Below, one piece after another: positions 18,685 through 26,689 of a stretch of DNA of 64,000 nucleotides. Positions within the stretch are counted from its first letter, which is position 1, and each line of letters opens with the position of its first letter. Source of the stretch: Angustibacter luteus (lineage in GTDB: Bacteria > Actinomycetota > Actinomycetes > Actinomycetales > Angustibacteraceae); NCBI RefSeq assembly GCF_039541115.1, contig NZ_BAABFP010000008.1, forward strand, positions 248,001 to 312,000, given 5' to 3'. The notes beneath the pieces are model-generated. The model was not told where the DNA came from. It saw only the letters and a list, made by a program, of their open reading frames with translations, and ran no database searches. A program made the translations under genes and the position numbers.

Positions 18685-19773
18685 TCAGCCCTGCAGCAGG
18701 AAGTGGTCGCGCGGGTCGCGCTCGCCCGCCTGGGTGCCGGCATTCTCGAGCAGGACGACCGCCAGGTCGTCGGTGGCGTCCTGGCCGACGGTGTAGTCGC
18801 GGACGATGCGGAGCAACGCATCCACGGCATCGGCGACGGTGCCCGTCTCGAGCTGCGCCGCCAAGGGAGCGACGGGCAGGAACTCACCGGCACCGTCCCG
18901 CGCCTCGCTCAGACCGTCCGTGTAGAGGAGCAAGCGGCTGCCGAGCTCCCAGGGCACCGTGCGCTCCTCGTAGAGGTCGGACAGCCCGAGCGGCAGGCCC
19001 GGCGGGGCGTCAAGCAGGACGCCCCCGTGCGCCGGCCTGATGAGCAGCGGCGGCGGGTGCCCGCAGCTGACGATCGTCAGCTCGCGTTCGCCCACCTCGA
19101 CCAGCACCGCGGTGGCGAAGTCCTCGTCACCGAGGAACGGCACCAGGTACCGGCTCATCGAGCCGGCCACGGACGCGAGCCCGGTGCTACCAGCCGCCGC
19201 CTGACGGAACGCCCGAATGACGCGCGCGGCCTGCTCGACCGCCCCCACGCCCTTGCCGCGTACGTCCCCCACGACGAAGTACGTGCGGTCGGCCGAGTGG
19301 TAGTAGTCGAACAGGTCGCCACCGACGAGCGCGTCCTGCCCGGCCGCGACGTAGGTGGCGGCCACCTTCACCGGTCCCACCTGCGGCGGCACGACGGGCA
19401 GGATCGTCCGCTGGGCCACCTCCGCGATGCGCGCGACCCGCGCGAAGCGCCGCTCACGCCGTACCCGCACCTCGGCCATGACCACCGCCACCACCGCGAT
19501 CAGCGCGACGTTGACCAGGCGCACCGCGTGCTGCTCGGTCCCGAGCGTTCCCGTCCAGACGCCTGACAGGACCGACAGACCGATCGCGGCCAGGCCCACC
19601 AGGGCGGTCCCGAACGCCGGGACGGCCGCGCACGCGATGAGCGGGGCCATCCCGTACAGCGCGGACAGGACCAGTGTCGGCTCACGTCCCGCGGCGATCT
19701 GGGCCGCGACCACGAGCGCCAGCCAGCAGACAGCCGCAAGTGCGCCCACCCGGGCTCGCCGCTGCTCACTCAT
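18685..19773 (-). CDS. Membrane-anchored PP2C/SpoIIE family phosphatase
   Basis: N-terminal TM helices; VGGDLFD, GDVRGKG, GHPPP, YTDGLSEAR and DDLA. Confidence 0.9.
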   Translation of the reverse strand: MSEQRRARVGALAAVCWLALVVAAQIAAGREPTLVLSALYGMAPLIACAAVPAFGTALVGLAAIGLSVLSGVWTGTLGTEQHAVRLVNVALIAVVAVVMAEVRVRRERRFARVARIAEVAQRTILPVVPPQVGPVKVAATYVAAGQDALVGGDLFDYYHSADRTYFVVGDVRGKGVGAVEQAARVIRAFRQAAAGSTGLASVAGSMSRYLVPFLGDEDFATAVLVEVGERELTIVSCGHPPPLLIRPAHGGVLLDAPPGLPLGLSDLYEERTVPWELGSRLLLYTDGLSEARDGAGEFLPVAPLAAQLETGTVADAVDALLRIVRDYTVGQDATDDLAVVLLENAGTQAGERDPRDHFLLQG

Positions 19774-19880
19774 CTCGACAGCCTGTCACAGAACCACGCT
19801 CGGTAACACACGCAGCACTGTCCGTTATGACCACCTTCGGTAGGGACGACGGACCGCGAACGTCGATCACATGCCAGGGG

Positions 19881-20270
19881 TCAGTCCGACTGGTGGGTCC
19901 TGCTCGAGATCGGATGCCGGAGGCTCGCAGCCAGGCAGTGCCGGCAGGTGCAGTGCCAGGTATGAGGTTCCGCCGCCTCGGCGGGTGCATAGAGCACGTC
20001 GTGCCGGCTGGTGGCCATCGCCCGGATCTCGACGACCGCTCCGAGCGGCTCGAACAGCTCGATGGCCTGCCGGACCGCCTCGGCCAGGGAGCTCGCCAGC
20101 ACCGCGACCGCGACCAGCACGTGGCCCGGCTCGTGCTGTCCGCCCTCGGCGAGGACCTGCGGTGAGTGGTCCGCAAGCTCGTCCAGAACCCGGTGGACCG
20201 CCCCGGGATCCGCCAGATCGAGGTTGCTCGCAACGACGGCGGTCACGCTGTACTCCGTGTGCTGCGCCAT
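19881..20270 (-). CDS. Hypothetical protein with C-terminal HxxHCxCxxC motif
   Basis: GGAG-like RBS before ATG 20270; plausible amino acid composition; PHTWHCTCRHC. Confidence 0.5.
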   Translation of the reverse strand: MAQHTEYSVTAVVASNLDLADPGAVHRVLDELADHSPQVLAEGGQHEPGHVLVAVAVLASSLAEAVRQAIELFEPLGAVVEIRAMATSRHDVLYAPAEAAEPHTWHCTCRHCLAASLRHPISSRTHQSD

Positions 20271-20369
20271 CCTGGCGTTCCTCTCCTGGGCTGTGCCGGC
20301 CCCTGTGCCAGCCCTGTGCCAGCGTGGCCCTGGCCGCCCGCCGGGGCAAGACCCCAGCACGGCCGGACG

Positions 20370-21287
20370 CTAGGTCTTCAGCGTCGCCGAGGCCGAGCCG
20401 CCGAAGTTGCTCCGCACGCTGATCTGCACCGGGTTGAAGACGAAGCCGCGCTGGTCGACGTACCGCCCCCCTCCCTTGTTCGTGAGGTCGAACAGCGGCG
20501 CCCCCGAGGCCGAGAACACGGTGAGGATGGCGTTCGGGTTGGTGCTGGTCGCCTCGATCGTCAGCAGACCCTTCTTCCAGGTGGCCTTCGTGATCCGCAC
20601 GACGTCGGCAGCCGGTGGCGCGCCGGGCGTCACGACGACGGTCGCGGTCCTCGTGAGGCCGAACCAGCTGGCCGTGACCGTGACGGCCGTCGCCGAGGTG
20701 ACCGGCGAGGTCGCGAGGTTGAACGTGCTCGTGGCGGTGTTGGCGCTGACGACGGTCTCCTGCGGGACCCGGGCGATGTCGGGCCGGCCGCTCGACAGCT
20801 GGACGACGGCGCCCTGGGGCACCGCAGCGGTGAACCGCACGGTGCCGGTGGCGTTCTGCCCCCCGACGACCGACGTCGGGACGAACGAGACCGAGGTCAG
20901 CGAGGGGCCGGCCGGCGTCGCGGGGTTCACCGAGAGGAGGTGGGTTCGGGAGATGTTGTCGGGAGTCGCGGCCATGATCTGCACGATCTCTGGCGCCGCC
21001 GCAGCGTTCGAGGTGATGGTGAAGCTGCCCGTGGTCTGCCCGGCTGCGATGGTGATCGACACCGGCACCTGGGCCGCGGCGGGATCGCCGGAGAACAACC
21101 GCACGACAGTCGGGGCGGAATCAGGGAAGCCGAGGTCCACGGTGCCCGTCGTCGACTGGCCGGCGCGCACGGAGTCCGGGTTGATTGAGAGCGCCCCGAT
21201 ACTGCCGGAGGCCATCGCCGAGGTCGGGAACGCGACGGTCAGCGCTCCGAGGATCACCATGCTGAGGAGGACTCCGAGGCGGCGCAT
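20370..21287 (-). CDS. Secreted protein with two tandem beta-sandwich (Ig-like) repeats
   Basis: Signal peptide ending AMA-S; repeats LSINPDSVRAGQSTTGTV and VSFVPTSVVGGQNATGTV. Confidence 0.7.
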   Translation of the reverse strand: MRRLGVLLSMVILGALTVAFPTSAMASGSIGALSINPDSVRAGQSTTGTVDLGFPDSAPTVVRLFSGDPAAAQVPVSITIAAGQTTGSFTITSNAAAAPEIVQIMAATPDNISRTHLLSVNPATPAGPSLTSVSFVPTSVVGGQNATGTVRFTAAVPQGAVVQLSSGRPDIARVPQETVVSANTATSTFNLATSPVTSATAVTVTASWFGLTRTATVVVTPGAPPAADVVRITKATWKKGLLTIEATSTNPNAILTVFSASGAPLFDLTNKGGGRYVDQRGFVFNPVQISVRSNFGGSASATLKT

Positions 21288-21394
21288 CGCGCATCCCCTT
21301 CCGATGAGGCAGCTCACTGACGTGACTCACCCGGTGACACGAGCTGACTCGGCATCCGGTTCAACGCGCGAGCGCCTGCGGTGTCGATCCTGAC

Positions 21395-22657
21395 TTACCC
21401 GGAGAACCCCGGTCCGTACAGCTGGTGCTCCTGGACGATCTCGACGAGGCGGTCCAGCGGCAGCTGGTACAGGGTGGTCTGGAAACCGGCGAGGGTGCGC
21501 GCCTTGGTCGCGGAGTTGTGCGCGGCCTCCTGGAACGCCTCCGACACCGCGTGCATGAAGGGCGTGATCTCAGCGTCCGGGATGGACGTCGCCGAGTAGT
21601 AGTCCGGGACCTCGTCCTGTCGCACGTCGTTGGCCGTCGAGAACGCCAGGTACATGTCGCCCGAGTTGTTGTCGGCGATGCCTCCGGTGGCGCCGAGCCC
21701 GATCCCCGCCCGCATGGCGAGGCGCTTGCACTGGGCGGGGAGGAAGGGCGCGTCCGTGGCGACGATGGCGATGCACGAGTGGTGCCCGGCCGGGGGGCCC
21801 GAGCGCGGCACCTCGTCGTAGGTGATCTCCTTGCCGACGGGGGCGCCGTTGACCCGGTAGTACTCGCGCTGGCGGCTGCCGTAGTTGGTCTGCACGAAGA
21901 CCCCGACCGTGTAGTCCTTGCCGGCGTACCGGACGATCCGGGACGACGTCCCGCTGCCGCCCTTGAAGTCGAAGTAGTGCATGCCGGTGCCACCACCGAC
22001 GTTCCCCTCCTGCACCGGGCCGCTCCTGGCGCTGGCATAGGCGTGCCGCACGTGCTCGTCCTTGATCCAGGACCGGGACAGGTCGTTCATCGACCCGTCG
22101 TAGGTCTCGGCGACGACCGGCAGCAGGAACTCCAGGTCCGGCAACGTCTCCAGGCCGATCTTGATCAAGGCGTCCCGGACGATGCCGACCTGGCTCGTCG
22201 TGGTGATCCCGATGACGGAGGTGAGCATCCCGGTCTCGTCGATCCAGTGCGTGCCCGTCATCTCGCCGTTGCCGTTGTGCGAGAACCAGCCCGCGTGGCA
22301 CCAGTTGTTCTGCATGGGCTCGCTGCGCGGCTTGATGATCGTCACGCCGGTGCGGGCGATGCCGGGCCGGTCGAAGTTCAGCGTCGTGTAGCCGACCTGG
22401 ACGCCGGGGACGTCGGTGATGGCGTTGTGGCGGCCGGTGGGCAAGGTGCCGATGATGATGCCCAGCTCGCGCAGGCGGAACCGCTCTCCCCGCTTGATCC
22501 GGGCCAGCATCTGCGGCGAGAGCGGCTTCACGCTGACCGCTGCGTGCGCTGGCGTGGCGCCGGCGAGCTGGGTACCCGCCAGCGCTGCGGCGGCCGCGGA
22601 GTAGCCCAGAACGTTTCGGCGGGAGACCCCGCCCGGGCGGGGGTTGTCGCTGGACAT
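21395..22657 (-). CDS. DmpA/BapA-like P1 (S58) aminopeptidase with Tat signal
   Basis: VSRRNVLG Tat motif; NAITDVPGVQVG, NGNGEMTG, LPVVAETYD, EGNVGGGTGM, FKGGSGTSSR and NSGD. Confidence 0.9.
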   Translation of the reverse strand: MSSDNPRPGGVSRRNVLGYSAAAAALAGTQLAGATPAHAAVSVKPLSPQMLARIKRGERFRLRELGIIIGTLPTGRHNAITDVPGVQVGYTTLNFDRPGIARTGVTIIKPRSEPMQNNWCHAGWFSHNGNGEMTGTHWIDETGMLTSVIGITTTSQVGIVRDALIKIGLETLPDLEFLLPVVAETYDGSMNDLSRSWIKDEHVRHAYASARSGPVQEGNVGGGTGMHYFDFKGGSGTSSRIVRYAGKDYTVGVFVQTNYGSRQREYYRVNGAPVGKEITYDEVPRSGPPAGHHSCIAIVATDAPFLPAQCKRLAMRAGIGLGATGGIADNNSGDMYLAFSTANDVRQDEVPDYYSATSIPDAEITPFMHAVSEAFQEAAHNSATKARTLAGFQTTLYQLPLDRLVEIVQEHQLYGPGFSG

Positions 22658-22881
22658 GGCGCCGACCTTTCAGCGACCGGCGGCGGACCCCGTTGTCCGC
22701 GAAGGGGCGATCGCGAGGATTGCCCGACCGTACTCCAGGTCCGAACGGGCGAAGCATCCCGCGGCGGCGTCAAGACCATGGAGCGGACGTCGATGGAGGG
22801 CGTGGACGACGTTCAGCAGCAGCGCCTCCTCACTCCATCCGGAAAACCGGCCGACGTCGTCGGTCGACGAGGAGATCTCTC

Positions 22882-24414
22882 ATGCGCGCGTCTGGCGTTG
22901 GCGATTCATGGCGCGGGCGACCCCTGCTGGCGCTCGGCGTGCGCGCCGTCCAGTACGGCGTCCCCTTGCTGCTCGGCACGATCCTGGCCCGGGTGTCGGT
23001 GGCCCTCCTGGCCGACCACACGACGACACTCGTCGCCGCGGGGGTGGGGCTGGCCGTCGCGGTCGTCACCAGCCTCGCGGCCTCCCGCGCCAGCATGCGC
23101 CTGGCGCCGCTCGCCGTGCTGCTGCAGATGACCATGATCTTCCCGGACCGCGCGCCGAGCCGCGTCAAGGTCGCTCGACGGTCCACCAGCGCGAAGGAGC
23201 TCCGGCAGCTACTGGCCAGCCGTGACGCCACCGCGCAAGAGGCCGCGGTCACCATGCTGGCCCTCGTCACCGCGCTGAGCCGACACGACAAGCACACCCG
23301 CGGGCACAGCGAGCGAGTCCGGCTGTTCTGCGACCTGTTGTCGAACGAGCTGGGCCTGTCCGAGGGCGATCGCGGCCGGTTGCGCTGGGTCGCACTCATC
23401 CACGACATCGGCAAGCTCCAGGTGAGCGCGCTGATCCTCAACAAGCCCGGCGCCCTCGACGACGACGAGTGGACGGCGATCCGCGCCCACCCCACCGCCG
23501 GCGCACTGCTCGCCCACCCGCTCGCCGAGTGGCTCGGGCCCTGGTACTCCGGGATCATCCAGCACCACGAGCGGTTCGACGGGACCGGTTACCCGATGGG
23601 GCTGGCCGGCGAGGAGATCTCGCTGGCTGGCCGGGCCGTGGCCGTCGTCGACGCCTTCGAGACCATGACCGCGGCCCGCTCGTACAAGGCGGCCCGGACC
23701 GTGGTGGCCGCCCGCGCCGAGCTCACCCGGTGCGCCGGAACCCACTTCGACCCCACGATCGTCCGAGCGTTCCTGGCGATCGCGCTGCCCCGGTTGCTCT
23801 GGTCCGTCGGTCCGCTGGCGTTCCTGCTCAACGCACCGTTCCTGAAGTGGGTCGGCGACGGGGGAGCCCGGCTGGCGGACGTCGCGGGTGCCACCGCCCA
23901 CGGCGCGGCCAGCGCGGCGGGCGTGACGGCCCTGGTCGTCGCCTCGGGCAGCCTGCCGACGGCTGTGGCCGGCACTCCCGCCCCGGCGCCGGCCCCCACC
24001 GTCTCGGTCGTGGCCTCCTCGGGTCTGCACGGCGCAGGCCGGACCCTCACGGCGCCCAGCCGCGGGACGAGCACGCCAGCGCTAGGACACCCGGCCCCCA
24101 CGAAGGCGCCGACGCCGACTGACGCAGCGCGTTCCGGACGTCCGGCGGCCAAGCAGCCCCCGGCCAAGGCCAGCAAGAAGCCCAGGGCCGCCACGCCACC
24201 CAAGGCCCCGAAGCCCAAGACCGCCAAGCCCAAGGCCCCGAAACCAGCCATGGCCCCGAAGGCCAAGGTTCCCAAGGCCATGCTCCCGAAGGCCAAGCTC
24301 CCGAAGGCCAAGCTCCCGAGGCCGACCAAGGTCCCGAAGCTCAGGAATCACCACAAGTCCGAGCGTGACGATCGGGCCCCGAGCGCTCCGTCCAGCCCGC
24401 AGGACCGGGCCTGA
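22882..24414 (+). CDS. Membrane HD-GYP domain protein with Pro/Lys/Ala-rich tail (start uncertain)
   Basis: TRGHSERV, IHDIGK and HHERFDGTGYP; TM segments; low-complexity PKA tail. Confidence 0.85.
   Translation: MRASGVGDSWRGRPLLALGVRAVQYGVPLLLGTILARVSVALLADHTTTLVAAGVGLAVAVVTSLAASRASMRLAPLAVLLQMTMIFPDRAPSRVKVARRSTSAKELRQLLASRDATAQEAAVTMLALVTALSRHDKHTRGHSERVRLFCDLLSNELGLSEGDRGRLRWVALIHDIGKLQVSALILNKPGALDDDEWTAIRAHPTAGALLAHPLAEWLGPWYSGIIQHHERFDGTGYPMGLAGEEISLAGRAVAVVDAFETMTAARSYKAARTVVAARAELTRCAGTHFDPTIVRAFLAIALPRLLWSVGPLAFLLNAPFLKWVGDGGARLADVAGATAHGAASAAGVTALVVASGSLPTAVAGTPAPAPAPTVSVVASSGLHGAGRTLTAPSRGTSTPALGHPAPTKAPTPTDAARSGRPAAKQPPAKASKKPRAATPPKAPKPKTAKPKAPKPAMAPKAKVPKAMLPKAKLPKAKLPRPTKVPKLRNHHKSERDDRAPSAPSSPQDRA
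24200..24340 (+). repeat. Intragenic tandem repeats encoding PKAKL-type pentapeptides
   Basis: Repeated CCGAAGGCCAAGCTC-like 15-mers. Confidence 0.75.
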
Positions 24415-24540
24415 ACGCAGGCAGCACAGGACCTTCGGCCCTGCACCCTGGCTTCGGGGGGCGCATACTCTGGGCAGCGGTCACGCAGGCGGCCGCGCCG
24501 ACTCTCGGCCTTTGGTCTGTGCACCAGCCGGAGGCGCGAC

Positions 24541-25293
24541 GTGTCCGCCAAACCGCAAGACGCCCATGCCTTCGCCAAGGTCAGCCAACAGCTGCTCGCG
24601 GGAGATGATCCGCAGGCGGTCCTCCGCGCTGTGGTGGACCTCGCCGTCCACACGATCGGGCCCTGCGACTACGCCGGTATCAGCCTGCGGCACGGCGGCG
24701 GCCTCGTCGACACTCCGGCGATGACGGACCCGATCGTCGGCGAGGCCGACAGCCTGCAGTACCAGCTCGGCCAGGGTCCATGCCTGGACGCGCTCTCCCT
24801 GGCGGAGAGCTACGTCATCCAGGACCTTCACGTCGAGGACCGCTGGCCACGGTGGGCACCCGGGGCGGCCGCGCTCGGCCTGCGCAGCGTGTTGAGCGTC
24901 CGACTGCAGACCGCTGACCGGGTCGTCGGCGGGCTCAACCTGTACTCCGCCAAGCCCTACGCCTTCACGGAGGACGACGTGGTCACCGGCCACATCTACG
25001 CAATCCATGCCAGCACGGCGATCCGTCAGACCCAGGACAAGCACGGGCTGCGGATCGCACTGACCACCAGGCACCAGATCGGCATCGCGCAGGGCCTCTT
25101 GATGGCGCACTACGACATCGACGAGGACGCAGCGTTCGAGGTTCTGCGCCGCATCTCCTCACACCACAACGTCAAGCTGCGCGACGTCGCTGCCGCCGTG
25201 CAGGACCACCGCGGCCGGATGCGAGAACTCGCCTGGCTGACCTCTCGTGACGAGGGTCCGGCTCCTCGCCCGGAGCCACGACGGGCGTCGTGA
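24541..25293 (+). CDS. GAF and ANTAR domain protein
   Basis: QYQLGQGPCLDA GAF pattern; ALTTRHQIGIAQGLLM...AFEVLRRISSHHNVKLRDVA ANTAR pattern. Confidence 0.92.
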   Translation: MSAKPQDAHAFAKVSQQLLAGDDPQAVLRAVVDLAVHTIGPCDYAGISLRHGGGLVDTPAMTDPIVGEADSLQYQLGQGPCLDALSLAESYVIQDLHVEDRWPRWAPGAAALGLRSVLSVRLQTADRVVGGLNLYSAKPYAFTEDDVVTGHIYAIHASTAIRQTQDKHGLRIALTTRHQIGIAQGLLMAHYDIDEDAAFEVLRRISSHHNVKLRDVAAAVQDHRGRMRELAWLTSRDEGPAPRPEPRRAS

Positions 25294-25311
25294 CCGGGCG
25301 TGACCGGGCGG

Positions 25312-25509
25312 CTAGATCGCCGGCTGAACAGCGGTCCGCCGGTCTCCGACCAGGTACGCCGCGATCAGAGCGGCGGGGAAGAACACCAGGCTGAACAGGA
25401 AGTACAGGAAGAAGCTGTGCCCCTTGCGGGAGGCGACCCGTGCCGGCCAGAAGGCGATGGCCACCCAGATGATGACCACGACGGTCCACCAGAACCATGA
25501 ATCCCACAT
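25312..25509 (-). CDS. Small two-helix membrane protein
   Basis: MWDSWFWWTVVVIIWVAIAFWPARVASRKGHSFFLYFLFSLVFFPAALIAAYL; GGAAGG RBS. Confidence 0.75.
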   Translation of the reverse strand: MWDSWFWWTVVVIIWVAIAFWPARVASRKGHSFFLYFLFSLVFFPAALIAAYLVGDRRTAVQPAI

Positions 25510-25587
25510 GTTCGGACCTTCCCCTGCGTCCACGACAAGGGATCTCCCCCATCCCGGCAACTCTCCCACCGGCTGCCCTGCTCGCCC

Positions 25588-25604
25588 TCACCCAACAGAG
25601 GTGA
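25588..25604 (-). promoter_or_regulatory. Palindromic activator-like site 3 upstream of small membrane protein
   Basis: Plus strand TCACCC-AACAG-AGGTGA; -10-like GAGAGT at 25565-25560, 22 nt downstream on minus strand. Confidence 0.6.
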
Positions 25605-25643
25605 GCCTGGTCGGCCTTCCGCCGATCGTGCGTCCGAGCGAAG

Positions 25644-25716
25644 AGCTGGCACGGGGACTCGAACCCCGAACCGCCCGATTACAAGTCGGGTGCGCTACCA
25701 GTTGCGCCATGCCAGC
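25644..25716 (-). tRNA. tRNA-Thr(TGT), CCA not encoded
   Basis: GCTGGCATGGCGCAACTGGTAGCGCACCCGACTTGTAATCGGGCGGTTCGGGGTTCGAGTCCCCGTGCCAGCT folds into a cloverleaf with TGT anticodon and TTCGA T-loop. Confidence 0.97.
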
Positions 25717-25784
25717 AGGTGACGTCCAGCGTACTGGCCCCGCTCGGTGACCCGTCCGAAGCATCAGGACCCTCGGACTCTTTG

Positions 25785-25820
25785 CGTACCCTTGCGGTTA
25801 CGTACCCAGATAGGTACAGT
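25785..25820 (+). promoter_or_regulatory. Leaderless promoter with tandem GTACC...GGTAC-type operators for the ArsR gene
   Basis: TTGCGG(25792)-N17-TACAGT(25815)-N7-ATG; CGTACCC repeated at 25785 and 25801, each within an imperfect palindrome. Confidence 0.6.
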
Positions 25821-25827
25821 CGTGCTC

Positions 25828-26145
25828 ATGGACGCCGTCTTGCAGGCACTGGCCGATCAGAGCCGTCGCACCGTGCTGGGGATCCTGCGGGACCACCCGG
25901 CGTCGGCCGGCGAGCTGGCCGAGGCGCTGCCGATCGCACGGCCCGGCGTGTCTCGGCACCTGCGCGTACTGCGCGAGGCCGGGCTCGTCGACGTCCGCCA
26001 GGAGGCGCAGCGCCGGATCTACAGCCTGCGCCCGGAGGCGTTCGTGGAGGTCGACGAATGGCTGGAGGACTACCGGGCGTTGTGGCAGAACCGGCTCGAC
26101 GCCCTGCACACCGAGATCGCACGAGGAAGGAAGTCGCGCAGATGA
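25828..26145 (+). CDS. ArsR/SmtB family regulator
   Basis: ALADQSRRTVL and IARPGVSRHLRVLREAGLV. Confidence 0.92.
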   Translation: MDAVLQALADQSRRTVLGILRDHPASAGELAEALPIARPGVSRHLRVLREAGLVDVRQEAQRRIYSLRPEAFVEVDEWLEDYRALWQNRLDALHTEIARGRKSRR

Positions 26146-26666
26146 GGATCACCGGAACGATGCGAGCGCTCGACGAGACCCAGGGGGCGGTCCGCGTCGA
26201 GGACGTGTACGAGACCGACATCGACGACCTGTGGGCGGCCTGCACGTCGCCCGAGCGCCTCGCGCGCTGGATCGCCGAGGTCTCGGGCGACCTGCACGAG
26301 GGCGGGACGGTCCAGGCCGTCTTCACCAGCACCTGGACCGGTCCCGCGAGGATCGACGTCTGCGACGCCCCGCACCACCTGCTGCTCACGACGCAGGCGG
26401 GCACGGACGACGAGGCGCAGCTCGAGGCCTGGCTCACCGCCGAGGGGCCCCGGACCAGGCTGGTGGTCGAGGAGCGCGGCCTGCCGGTCGGATCCCTGCA
26501 CTTCTACGGAGCGGGCTGGCAGGTCCACCTGGAGGACCTCGGGCGTTCCCTGGCCAGCGACGGCCCCGCCCACGTCGGCGGCTGGTCCGAGCAGACGCCG
26601 GCCCCGGCCTGGCACGCGCGCTGGACCGAGCTGACGCCGGCGTACCAGCACACGACCGTCGGCTGA
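26142..26666 (+). CDS. SRPBCC/AHSA1 domain protein
   Basis: DIDDLWAACTSPERLARW...GAGWQVHLEDL; ATGA overlap with ArsR gene. Confidence 0.85.
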   Translation: MRITGTMRALDETQGAVRVEDVYETDIDDLWAACTSPERLARWIAEVSGDLHEGGTVQAVFTSTWTGPARIDVCDAPHHLLLTTQAGTDDEAQLEAWLTAEGPRTRLVVEERGLPVGSLHFYGAGWQVHLEDLGRSLASDGPAHVGGWSEQTPAPAWHARWTELTPAYQHTTVG

Positions 26667-26689
26667 GCGCCGCAGCCAGAACCGCTCGG

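Noticed and set aside
21327..21337. TCACCCGGTGA as a regulon site
   Set aside because: The half-sites abut with no 5-nt spacer.
24427..24461. Two CTTCGG mini-hairpins upstream of the GAF-ANTAR gene as an ANTAR target RNA
   Set aside because: The stems are weak, the loops do not fit the ANTAR hexaloop pattern, and they lie upstream of the likely -10 (CATACT).
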